DNA of 64,000 nucleotides from Dictyostelium discoideum (taxonomy: Eukaryota). Numbering within the stretch: the stretch's first letter is position 1; each line of letters starts with the position of its first letter. A program made the position numbers and the translations under genes. The notes beneath the pieces were generated by a model. That model ran no database searches. It was not told the origin of the DNA and saw only the letters and a list, made by a program, of their open reading frames with translations. The stretch spans positions 3,456,001 through 3,520,000 of the forward strand of contig CM000150.2 of the NCBI GenBank assembly GCA_000004695.1, written 5' to 3'. Positions 13,029 to 27,644 of the stretch are shown here, piece by piece.

Positions 13029-13879
13029 GAAGCTGATTGGGGATTAAGTTTATAAGGCGAAAGAGATGGTTTTGGGATTGTTGATGACTGTAAAACAGTT
13101 TGTGAAGATGAAATGAAATTTGATGACGATGATTTGCTTTGGTATGGAGATGCTGTTGTTGGCGTTGTTGTTGATTGGTGTGAGATAGTTTGATATTGTG
13201 AAGTTGGAGTTTTAGTTTGATATGGTGAAGGCTTATATTTATTTTGATAGCTTGAAGTATTTGCTCCAACTGAACCTGCATTTTTATACTTTTTATTTGC
13301 AGCTGGTTTACCATTACCATCACCACAAGTACTACCAAAACTATTTGATTTTCTATTATTAAATCTTCTTTTTTTACTCAACTCTGAAGTTGTAACAAAG
13401 CTACTATCATCCAAATCTTCACCTACACCATAAAAGTCATCAATTTCATCAATTTCCGGATCACCATCATTATCTTTATCATCATCTAAAAATGCACTCC
13501 ATTTATTAGGTTGTGATGATTGTTGTTGTTGCTGTTGTTGTTGTTGGTTCCTATTGTTTTCATTATTATTATTTTTATCATTTTCATTGTCATCTTCATT
13601 ATTATTATTATTATTATTATTGTTAACTTCATCTTCATCTTCATCTTCATCATCTTCAAATTCATTGTGTTTTATTGGTTTTGGTGGATTTGATTTCTTT
13701 TCGATATTATATTTCTTAACGAGTGTTGTTAAATCCTTTCCCATGAAACTAATACCATAGACTTTTCTGATTGATTGCTTTTCATTACATATTTTACATT
13801 GAAAGTCTTTTTTCTTTTTCTTTTGACTAACCTGAAACATTGTACATGAATAACATTGTACTAATAAATATTCTACCAT
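12500..13879 (-). CDS. MRNIP (MRN-complex-interacting protein, C5orf45)-like protein; conserved N-terminal zinc-finger followed by long low-complexity poly-N/poly-Q/Ser-Thr-rich tail; single exon, 459 aa
   Basis: N-terminus MVEYLLVQCYSCTMFQVSQKKKKKDFQCKICNEKQSIRKVYG matches the MRNIP C-x2-C...FQV.Q.KK...W.CK.CGEKQS motif; the rest is repeat-encoded low complexity. Confidence 0.65.
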
Positions 13880-14540
13880 TGTACTTTATTGGTAGATATG
13901 TTTTGAGTTTGAAAAAAATAAAAAAAATAAAAATAAAAATAAAAATAAAATAAAATTAAAAAAAAACAAAAATTTGCAAATATAAAAAAAAAAAAATGGT
14001 AATGGGGGTTGTGTGAAATAAAATATTTTTTATTTTTATTTTTTTTTTAATCCCCAATTGTCCATATTCATCCTTTGAAATAAATTAGGATTGCAATTAA
14101 TCACATCAATGTGGGATGAATAAAATTAACCGACTGTTTGGAAGGAAAATAATAAATTAAAATATAATAAATTAAATTAAAAAAAATAAATAAACAACCT
14201 CATCCTTTTTATAAAATTGTGGGTTACATCATGCCCACCAAAAAAATCAAGTGGTGTTGTTATTAACACACACTATAGTGTGTGATAATAAAGAAATATA
14301 AAAATAGAAGCTTTCCCCTAATTTGGTCATACTCCAAACTACAACAAAAACGGAAAAAATAAAAAAAATAATAAAAAAAAAAAATATAAAATATAACAAA
14401 AAAATATATTAAAGAAAAAATATAATAAATGTAGGTACTACTCTTTGTGTGTTATTATTTAATAAACAAATATCGTATAATTAAAATTTTCAACGCATTG
14501 TTTTTTTTTTTTTCTTTTTTTATTTATAATTTTTATTAAA

Positions 14541-15348
14541 ATGAACACATATTATCATAACTGTATGTTAAAATTTTTATTTATTTATTAAAATATTATT
14601 TTACTAATATTATGATTTTTATAAAAAAAAAAAAAAAAATTATTTATTATTTATAACTATTACTTTTTATTTTTATTATTATATAGTATTGGAATGTGCA
14701 AAAGAGATCTCTGAACATGTTTCATCCAAACATGTAATTGATAAAGAAAATTTCGATATGTTGGAAACATTTTTATTTTATAATGATATAATTTCCCAAT
14801 TAAATTGTTGGAATTCAAGTTATCCTTACTTTTATTCTAAATTAAATGACCATCTGATAGAACAGATTACAAAAGAGTGGTTTTTAGGTAGATTTCATGG
14901 GATTAAAGGTTTAAATTATATTTTATTAGATATAATAAATAATAAAAATGAGTATATCAATAGATATGCAACAGTAGCTGATAAACAATTGGTTTTTAAT
15001 AATTTTAATTTTATTTCCAATTTAATTCAACAATTAACAACTCAATTAATTACTGGTTATTATAATAAAATTTTAGAACTTAAATTTAATAAAATATCAT
15101 CAAAATACAAATTAAACATCAATTTTAATAAAATTTATAAAATTCCAATTCATGTCATAGACCCATTCACTTCATACACTCACCTAATAAAAGATTGGAG
15201 AAATCAAGCAGTCTTTAAATTTTTAACAATTTATAATGATTTAAATGTTGAAAAAAAAGAAAAATTAATTATACTATTTAAGAATATTAAAAGAAATTTA
15301 TTAAAAATTCATAAAAATAAAATTTTAGGTTCAGATTTTTTATTGTAA
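14541..15348 (+). CDS. hypothetical protein (about 228 aa), 2 exons 14541..14562 and 14687..15348
   Basis: ORF 14689..15348 has no ATG; it is preceded by acceptor atatAG (14685-86); upstream mini-exon ATG 14541 MNTYYHN + GTATGT donor at 14563 gives a phase-1 intron (124 bp) and an in-frame join; no recognisable domain. Confidence 0.4.
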
Positions 15349-15502
15349 AAAAAAAAAAATGTAAATATAAAATATACACTATTTTTTATTTTTTTTTTAA
15401 CATAAGAATAATTTATTCAATTTGAAATTATTAATTCTATTTTTATATTTATTTTAATCAATTTCCTAATTTTAAAAAAGTGGAAAAAAAAAAAGTCAAA
15501 AT

Positions 15503-15539
<37 letters not shown>

Positions 15540-15588
15540 AAAATTTCACATTTTAGTTAACCCTCATCACAATTATTAAAATAAAGAA

Positions 15589-16824
15589 ATGGGTCGAAAT
15601 AATACATTACCAAATGATTTTACAGTTGGCTACTACTTGTCAGATTCCAAAATCAATAAATTAAAATGGAATTTATTTGTAGATATGTGCAAGTATGTTT
15701 ATTTCAATCTTTTTTTTTCATCACATACTAATACCCATACTAATTATTTTTATATGATATTAATTTAGAGAAAAGTATAATATTAATGTTGTACCAATTG
15801 ATATGAATAAAGATATTAATTCAATCAATACAAGACCATATCATGTAATAATTGATAAACTAACTGATGAGTTAGGTGACCTTGATAATCCATCAAATAA
15901 ACAAAAAGTTGATTATATTCAAGTAAGTAATATTTTAATTTTTAATAACCTTTTTGTAAAAAAAAAAAAATAATAAATAATAACCTTGTTGTAAAAAAAA
16001 AAAAGAGTTTAATTGATAAATTCCCATCAATAGTTGAAGTTGATCCATTAGAATCACAAAAACCAGTATTAAGTAGAGATACATTAACTAAACTTTTAGA
16101 TAAATTAAATGATGTATCACCAGAATTAAATATAAAGAATCCAAAATTTGTATTAGTACCAGAAGATTATAATAATAATGATTATAATCAATTATTAAAA
16201 GATGCAAATATTAAATTCCCTGTTGTTTGTAAAACGATTAAAGCTTGTGGCTCAAAAGAATCACATTATATGGGAATTGTATTCAATGAAAAAGATATTC
16301 ACCAATTTAAACAACCAATGTTAATTCAAGAGTTCATTAATCATAACGCAATTATTTATAAAGTATTTGCAATTGGTGATTTTATTCAAGTTGTACATAG
16401 AAAATCAATAAGAAATATGAATGAAAATGGTAAATATATCAATAATAATTATTATTATTATTTATTTATTATTTATTTTAATTATTATTAATCAATATAA
16501 TCATTTTTTGTTTAAATGAAAATAGAAAATGAATTAATTAAATTTGATAGTCAAAAACCATTCCCAACTAGTTTATTACCAACAGATGGACAAGAATTAA
16601 AGATAGAAATGCCAAGTAAATCAACATTATCAGTTATTTCAAAAGATATTCAAAAGAATTTAGATATTTCTTTGTTTGGTTTTGATGTAATTGTTGATTG
16701 TGAAACAAAGAAACTAGCAGTTGTTGATATTAATTACTTTCCAACTTTTAGTGGTGTAGATGATTTTTATACTTTATTAATTGAACATGTAATTAATGTT
16801 TATAAAAGAAAATCATCGGTATAA
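15589..16824 (+). CDS. inositol-tetrakisphosphate 1-kinase (ITPK1; inositol 1,3,4-trisphosphate 5/6-kinase, ATP-grasp); 4 exons 15589..15692, 15769..15922, 16006..16429, 16526..16824, about 326 aa
   Basis: Collinear with human ITPK1: MGRNNTLPNDFTVGYYLSDSKINKL..., ...VIIDKLTDE..., ...FPVVCKTIKACGSKESHYMGIVFNEKDIHQFKQPMLIQEFINHNAIIYKVFAIGDF..., ...SLFGFDVIVDCETKKLAVVDINYFPTFSGVDDF...; donors GTATGT / GTAAGT / GTAAAT with consistent phases 2 / 0 / 1. Confidence 0.85.
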
Positions 16825-17012
16825 AAACAAATAATGTATTAAACAAATAATGTATTAAATAAAAAATATATATATATCTCTTTTTTTTATAAAAATATAT
16901 GTTCAATATTATTTTATTTTTTTTTTATTTTATTTTTCTTTTTTTTAATATTTAGTAAAAAATAAATTAACCTTGTTTAAATTAAAATTATTATTATTAT
17001 TTTTTTTTTTTT

Positions 17013-18525
17013 TTAAGATGATCTGTGTGAATCATCATCATTATTGCTATCATTATAATTACTATTATTATTACTATCATTACTATCATTATTATCACTA
17101 TTATTATTATTATTATTATTATATTTATTTCTTTTATCTTTTGAATAAATAACAGCAAAAATAAAACCTGGAATCCAAATTACAGCAATAATAATTTCAG
17201 AGATAACCATACGATTAACACTTTCAATAAGTTCATCACAATAATTATTTCTAGTATAATTTAAATAATCTTTAACGAATTGACATTTTGCCATATTTTT
17301 TAATCTTGGAACAGAGAGAATTGCTGGAATAGTTTTACCATCAAATTTAGAATCGAATAAAGCTACTTGATCAATTGGAATTACAGCTCTAAGTTCATCC
17401 AATTTCAAAGTTAAAAGATTTGATTTTGTATAGGTTTTATTTGTATATGCAGAAGAGAAAAGGTTAATCATTTTCAATAATTTACTAATTTCACCTTCAC
17501 TAAATTCAACAGCATCAGAGATAGAAACATCAACATCACAATTGATCCAGTTTGTCATCCAAGTTGGTTTTATATCTTTATCAACATATTGATCTAATGA
17601 ATTACAGAAATCTGATGAGGCTGCTGATAATGGAATATGCATACCCATTGCTAATAGAATTATTGAAATTGTTAACAATGATAAATAAGATAAAAACATG
17701 AATGACCAGGATTTTCCATTTGCAACACCAAAAATACCCCATGCACATGTAATAATTGCAATAATATAACCCATGATTGTAATTGATTCACGTAAATTAT
17801 TTAAATTTGTTTCTTCAACTAGAATACGATGTGTAGTTTGAGTCATATTATTCATTTCAGTGGTTAATGGTAACAAATTGGAAAGGACGGTTTTGGTGAT
17901 ATCGGTTTTACCTGCAAATACATGCACTAAATTATTTGATGTTTTTCTAGCATTATTTGCCATAATATTCATATTCTTAAAGAAATTATCCAAATCTTTA
18001 CCCGCTTTTGAATTTGATGCTAATCCTAATATTGCACCAACAACTGTAGTTATAATAATAAGAAATACAAAGAATTTAACAATTTTCAATAGAATTGATG
18101 TTGGATTATCTCTTGATGGTTGATATTCCGATATAATTGAACCATTATCATCATCTCCACCTGGGGTTTCATTTTCATCTTGAATTTCATTTTTATTTCT
18201 TTTTCCACTACATGTTATACAATTCCTTAAGAATAATGCAATAACTCCCAAAAACATTATAAAAATACCTAATAACAAACCTGGAAAACTTAATACAATC
18301 AATGATTGTTTATAATTGCTATCATCTAAATTAAATTCTGTCTCAACTTTTTCCCTTTTAAAATTATATCTTGACATTGTAACTGGTGTAATAAATGATG
18401 AAACTAAAAATAATAATAAAAAAAAAAAAAAAAAAAAAAATTAGGTAAAAATATATTAATTATAATAATTCATTGTATTTTTTTATTTAATTTATTATTT
18501 TAGTGTATTTTTTTATTTATTTGAA

Positions 18526-18624
<99 letters not shown>

Positions 18625-18697
18625 ACTTACAATCAGCCGATGCAACACTAATTAATGCAGTCGATGCAATTAATATAGTTTTAAAAGAAATTGTCAT
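17013..18697 (-). CDS. tweety (TTYH)-like 5-TM membrane protein with a signal-peptide mini-exon; exons complement(18631..18697, 17013..18403), about 485 aa
   Basis: Exon 1 MTISFKTILIASTALISVASAD + GTAAGT donor (phase 1); (ATT)n-containing intron 18404..18630; acceptor ttttAG; exon 2 FSSFITPVTMSRYNF... is in frame; TM segments at about 27-50, 95-118, 205-225, 235-255 and 398-420 with two long loops reproduce the tweety-family topology; Asn/Asp-rich C-tail. Alternative model: start at the internal Met at 18377. Confidence 0.5.
18526..18622. repeat. (ATT)n microsatellite inside the tweety-like gene intron; a second (ATT)n lies at 18757..18832
   Basis: Perfect triplet runs; translated as poly-N in ORF 18500..18697. 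Confidence 0.95.
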
Positions 18698-18755
18698 GTT
18701 TTTTTATTTTATTATTTTTTGAATTTTTTTTTATAATTTACAAATACAAATAAAC

Positions 18756-18824
<69 letters not shown>

Positions 18825-19074
18825 ATAAAATTTATAGTCTAGTTTGAATAAATATAATTTTTTTTTTTTTTTTATACAATAATAATTTAATAAAATTTGT
18901 AAAAAAATTAATTAATCTTAAAGCAAATTAATGATGGATGAAAAATAATTTATATGATGTCTCTATATTTATGAGTGATTTGTGTAAAATTTTTTTAATT
19001 GCTTAATAATTAATTTACAATTAATTGGATTGGATTGATAAATGATCAAATTATTATTTTTTTTTTTTTTTTTT

Positions 19075-19105
<31 letters not shown>

Positions 19106-20258
19106 TTTGGAATAAATTAAAATAATAATTATTAACAAAGCTTTTAAAAATTATAAATAAATAAATAATAAATAAATAAATAATACCAATGAGAAAATTT
19201 ATAAAATGTATATAGTGAGGTAAAGTTTTATTGAAATAACTATGGATATTATAATTATTAACAATAAAAAAAAAAAAAAAAAAATTAAATATACTTTGAA
19301 AATAATTAAATTAAAAGAATATTATAATAAAAAATAAATTTAAAAAAAAACAAAAAAAATGGTTGTTTTGGATGCTTTTATTTGTATTGTTGTATTTTGT
19401 CGTTTTATTTTTGAGAGTGTGTAAAAAATAAAATATATATAAAAAATAAAAAGTGTGTGTGAGTTAATTTATAAAATATTAATTAAATAAAATACTCGAT
19501 TGTTTTTTGATTTTTTAATTGTTTAAAAGAATGAATAATTAAGAATTTAAATATTAAAAATAAATTGTTGTTTAAAAAATTTAAAAAAAAATAAAATAAT
19601 AATAATTACTATCAAAAGCACACAATAGAAAAAATTGTTCAAATACACATATTATTTAATTTATTTATATAACACAATAATAACCCATTCTTTAATTCAC
19701 CCCATATCTTAAATAAAACCCATTCATTCTCCCACCCACACACCCTATAAAACCACCATACCACACAAAAAGATAAATAAGATTCGTGTTAATTAAAATT
19801 TATATGCTTGGATAATAGCCCACCGTCCAATAATTAGGTGTGAATTGAAGGCTTAAAGATTTATAAATATGGGAAATAATGGTGGTGAAAACTAAGATAA
19901 ATACAATGACAAAAAATAAAAACCACTCCACGCAAACACCCTAAAATTAAAATAAAAAAAAAAAATTAAAAAAATAAAAAAAATAAACACACACATAAAT
20001 TAATCTATTATTTGTATTGATTTGTTTTATTATAAAAATAAATTGATTATTAATTGTTACTCTTTACCACTCTATGTAAATGTTTTCAATTAAATTTTAT
20101 TTTAAAAATATAACAACTATAATTATAATTAAAAATAAAGAAAATAAAATTAAAAAATAAATTTTAGGCCAAAATTAAGATAAATATATAAAAATAAATG
20201 CCAAAACAAGTGAAAAAGAAAAGTATAAAATGACTCACGAAAACCACCTTTTATATAT

Positions 20259-20283
20259 GTGTGTGTGTGTGTATGTGTGTGTG
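20259..20283. repeat. (GT)n dinucleotide microsatellite
   Basis: tgtgtgtgtgtgtgtatgtgtgtgtg in the intergenic region 3' of cas1. Confidence 0.9.
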
Positions 20284-20703
20284 ATAATAATATAATAAAA
20301 TGATAATGAGTTTATTGAATTACATATAAGAAATAATTAACAATAAAAATAGTAATAATAACAATAATAAAAAAAATTAGTTGCACTGTCGATATAATGT
20401 TTTATTAAACACCATATAAATGAACAAACTTTTACCTAAAAATTATTATTACTATTATTATTACTATTATTATTACTATTATTATTATTTTATAATCGAC
20501 TTATTATTATTATTATTATAATTATTATTATTATTATTGCTATTCATATTACTATTATTATTTATATTTATGTTTTACTATTATTATTATTATTATTATT
20601 ATTATTTATTATTTTTAAACTATTATTGTTATTATTATATTTTTTAAAATTATTATTATTATTAATAGAATTTTTTTAATATATTTGTTTTTTTTAGAAA
20701 TAT

Positions 20704-23389
<2,686 letters not shown>

Positions 23390-23877
23390 TCTTTTGGATT
23401 TGCTAAAGGAAAAAAAAAAAAAAAATGAAAAACTAAAAATGAATTGTGAAAGTAAAAAAAAATTAAAAAAAAAAAATTAAAAAAAAATCATAAAAAAAAA
23501 ATCAGTGCGATCATGTGATGATTGATAGCGAATTTTTACGAATTTTCCTTTCGTTTAGTAATTTATTTGTTGAAAACAATGTGATTTAGTTGAATTCCCA
23601 TTATAATTTTACTCTTCAAATAAAGAAAAATATAATTTTTTGAGGAAAAAAAAAAAAAAAAAAAAAAAGAAAATTGTATTCAATCAAAAGGATTTCCAAT
23701 ATACTTTGGCTTTAAAAATAAATTTATTCAATTTGATTTCTTATTATTATTTATTAGACAAAAAAAAAAAAAAAAAAAATAACTTTAATAAATTTGGGTC
23801 CAAATAAAAATGATAGCCAATATACTGGCATTAATAATAGAATTTTTTAATTTTATTATTTATTTTTATTCATTAAC

Positions 23878-23911
<34 letters not shown>

Positions 23912-24475
23912 TTTATTAATGGTTAATTTAATTCAATTTTTATTTTTATTTTTAAAACTGAAAAAAAAAAAAAAAAAAAATAAAAATAAATAAATAAAAA
24001 TAAAAATAAAAATAAAAATGCAAAAAAAAAAAAAAAATAAGCACTAAATTTTAAAACTTTATAGGATAATTATTTCCCTAAATTAATTAACTATTTTTTA
24101 AAATTTTATTTTATTCATTTTTTATTTTTTATTTTTTATTTTTTATTTTTTTCAAAGTATTATTTAAATATTAAATATTAAATTTAATCCATTAATATTT
24201 TTTCTGTAATTGCATATACAACAAACGGGTGCAAAAACGAGAAGGATATTTTTAATTTTAAATTTTTTTTTTTTTTTTTTTTTTTTTAGCATGTAAAAAA
24301 AAAATTGGTTTTTTATTTTTTTTTTTTTTTTTTTTTTATTTTTATTTTTGCAACCTTTTTTTTTTAAATTGTAATAATAATATCAATCACATATAAAATT
24401 ATATTTATTTTAAAAAGAATTAAAAAAAATAAAATAAAATAAAAAAGGAAATATAAAAGAAATTAAAAAAAGAAA

Positions 24476-25471
24476 ATGTCTTTTAAAGCTATAATACTAT
24501 TGTGTTTGATAGCACTTTGTAAGTATTTATTATTATTTTATTTTATTTTATTTTATTTTATTTTATTTTATTATAATTATTATAATTCTAATATTTTTTA
24601 TTATATTGCAATTTTATTATTATTTCTAAATAAAAAAAAAAAAAATAAAAATAAAAAAAAAAAAAAAATAAAAAAAAAAAAAAAATAAAAAAAAAAAAAA
24701 ATGGGTAATAGGTGCTGAAAAAGCTTTAGGTGCAATTTTTGAATTAAAAATTGAAACACCTGATGTACAATTTTGCACTATATCAAATGGAACCTATAAT
24801 GTTGATTTTAGTGGTCCATTCTTTAGATTTTCCGATTCATCTTTAGCAGAAGAATATATAGTTAGAGACGTAGTAGGTGGATTTTATTATATTAATCAAG
24901 CAGGAAGAAATGCCAGATTTCACTTAGACGAATTCATTTACAATTCTCTCTATGGTAATAATTCCTATGAATATGCAACCAACTCAACCCTTGCATGTGC
25001 TTCTAATATGGCAACATATATGTGCAGTTACACTTTTGTTGGAAGTAAGTTTACTATTTTTACTATTATCAATTTCATTCTATTTTTTGTATATAACAGA
25101 AATTCTAACCATTTTTTCAATATTTATTTATTTATTTATTAATTATTCAAAAAGCTACACCTCCATGTAATGCACTTTGTGACCCAGTAGCTACATGTGC
25201 AGATGGATTTACTTATGGAGGTCAAGTTATTCCACCTGCATCTGTTTCAGACTGTGAATTCCAAGGTTCAAGTGCATCTGATTGCTCAGCAATTAATATG
25301 AAAGGTTTAATGGGCGACTGGAAACACAAAGTCGTAGAATTTATACCTCCAACTATTGATATACATCCAGGTGGTTTAGTAAGAGGATCTTTGTTAGGTT
25401 TTGGTGTTTTAATCGGACTCTTATTGGTAATCGGTTCATTAGGTGTCATCATGAAATTCCAAAATAAATAA
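24476..25471 (+). CDS. small Cys-containing type-I membrane / secreted protein (about 230 aa); 3 exons 24476..24518, 24712..25044, 25155..25471
   Basis: Exon 1 MSFKAIILLCLIAL (signal peptide) + GTAAGT donor; acceptor taatAG 24711; exon 2 CAEKALGAIFELKIETPDVQFCTISNGTYNVDF...MCSYTFVG + GTAAGT donor 25045; acceptor caaaaAG 25154; exon 3 TTPPCNALCDPVATCADGF... ends in TM helix GSLLGFGVLIGLLLVIGSLGVIM KFQNK*; phases 1 / 1 consistent. Confidence 0.6.
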
Positions 25472-25522
25472 ATTATCTTTTAACTAGAAGTAGAAAAGTA
25501 ATGAAAAATAGATAAAAAAAAA

Positions 25523-25651
<129 letters not shown>

Positions 25652-26258
25652 AAAAAGTGTAAATATACTATAAATAGCTTATCATATTAATGTAATCATA
25701 ATAAAACCAGTCGAAAATTTTTTAAAGAACAAAACAAAATAAAAAAAATAAAAAAAATCATCACCAAGTCTTTTTTATATGAATGGCCCATTCATTATCT
25801 CTTCAAATTTCAATTATCATATATATTAACATGTTTTTTAAAGTTTCCATTTTTTTTATTTTTTTTTTTTATTTATTTTTAAATATTAATAATAGTAAAA
25901 CGATTTAAAAAAATAAAAAAAATATTGTGTCTAATAAAAAAAAAAAAAATAGTAGAAATGTTGTTAATTTTATTTATCATTTTAAAATTGATCAGATTTA
26001 ATTATTTTATTTTTTATTTATTATTATTTCCCACACCACCCTTTTTAATCTTTTTCAAAATAATAATAATGATAAATAATAATAAATAATTTCTAAAAAT
26101 AAATATTATTTTAACTTTGTACCAATAATATAAAATTATTATTTAAAAAAAATCAATATCCGTTTTATTTATGTTAATATTATTGGTGGTATAAACTAAA
26201 TTATTAATACTATAGTATGGTAATTGGTTATATTTAAACTATTGACAATCAGATTATC

Positions 26259-26293
<35 letters not shown>

Positions 26294-26393
26294 GTTGATC
26301 TCTACATCCATATATAAATTATTATCTGAGCTAATGGTACTATTATTATTATTACTGGAGATGTTGTAAACTAATAGCAAATATTAATTAGTC

Positions 26394-27644
26394 TTACTCA
26401 TCATGATTTGGTGTATAAATACCCTCACGTGATAAATGTAATGCTTCTTTACTTTTTGAAATAATACCGTCACTAGATAAAAGAGCTAAACGCAAATTAT
26501 TTTTAATATTTTGGTTTTTACACTTAATTACACTATTTATCATTCTATCAATTGTTTTGTATGTTTTAAATCTACTAAATAGTTCTCTGTTGATTATATT
26601 ATTCCAAACTTTTGGTTCAATTCCTCCATTTTTGATGAGTAGTATGTTTATAAAATCACCAATAATGTTTACAAATCCTTTATGACCATTGGTAAGAGTA
26701 TAGGTATCTTTAATAATGGATTGACTAATAGTTCTTCTTTTGAAAAATTTTGGACCAACATATTACTTTGTGCATTAAAAGGAGAAGCATTTGATTCTGT
26801 TTTAAGTTCTAAAATTGCAAATGTTCCTACTACAGTAATAGACTTTTTGTAATAAAATTAATAAATGGGGAGTAGTGTATGTGTAAGCTATTTTAAAGTT
26901 ATTTACTTTTATTGCTATTAAAGCAGAAGTTTTCCATGATCTGAATTCAGACAAGATTTCAGTGATAATTTCTTTTTTAAAACTAAATATGGCATCGAAT
27001 TCATCAATGACAAGATAAACTTTGTTATTACCAAATAATTTTGAACCAACTTTTAATAAAGATTTAATTTCAATCCAATCCATTTTAAATATATCTGTAT
27101 CCCCAGGTTTAAATGGAGGATTAAGATAATCATATATTTTGAGAATGAAGTTTCTCCAGAAATCAATTGATTCACAAACAACAATTCTACCTTCTAAATT
27201 AAAACTTTGAAAATAAAAATGTAATTATTTAAAAATCAATATTCACATGACATATATTTGAACTAGTTATATTAATTAAAACAATATATATATAATATAA
27301 GTATACTTACTATATTGATGAGTGACCATCAAGCTCATAAACCAATTCGGTGGCTCTAACCACTGTTGTGGTTTTACCAGAAGATCTTGGTCCACAGAGG
27401 CAGGTATATTCATTATCCATCATTGGATCTTTTAATACTCGGCCTTGTTCTGGTTCTAAAAAATAATAGGTTGAGTTTCTTTGTGGTTCTAAAATCGGTC
27501 CATGTATACTAAATCTAATGTTAACTTGAGGTTCTGATTTTTTTTTGTTAATAAAGTTGGTGAAGATGGTGGGGCATCTTCAGTATTTGCAGTTGTTGTG
27601 ATTGTTGAACTTGTTGATGTTGTAATTTTCATTTCTTCTAACAT
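26394..27644 (-). CDS. P-loop NTPase (AAA+/ORC-Cdc6-like Walker A GPRSSGKTT, Walker B LVIDEFD); reading frame interrupted, exon structure unresolved, possible pseudogene
   Basis: ATG 27644 MLEEMKITTSTSS...PTLLTKK runs into a T9/A9 homopolymer (27538-27546) after which the Walker-A exon ...EPEQGRVLKDPMMDNEYTCLCGPRSSGKTTTVVRATELVYELDGHSSI is in a frame one base off; clear GTAAGT donor at 27310 / acceptor AG 27205 (intron 27205..27310); exon 26802..27204 YFNLEGRIVVCESIDFWRN...KVYLVIDEFDAIF...TSALIAIK...; C-terminal segment ...IGDFINILLIKNGGIEPKVWNNIINRELFSRFKTYKTIDRMINSV...HDE* (stop 26394) is in the same frame but separated by three in-frame stops. Confidence 0.4.

Noticed and set aside
25222-25452. 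Minus-strand ORF MMTPNEPITNKSPIK...
   Set aside because: Antisense to exon 3 of the spliced plus-strand gene 24476..25471, which has a signal peptide, consistent splice phases and a terminal TM helix
26394-27644. Possibility that the P-loop NTPase is the origin-recognition-complex subunit ORC4 (GPRSSGKT versus GPRGSGKT, ...IDEFD)
   Set aside because: Walker motifs match but the protein would be about 100 aa short and the C-terminal half does not align convincingly from memory; the interrupted frames argue against an essential single-copy gene. Left as a generic AAA+-like NTPase
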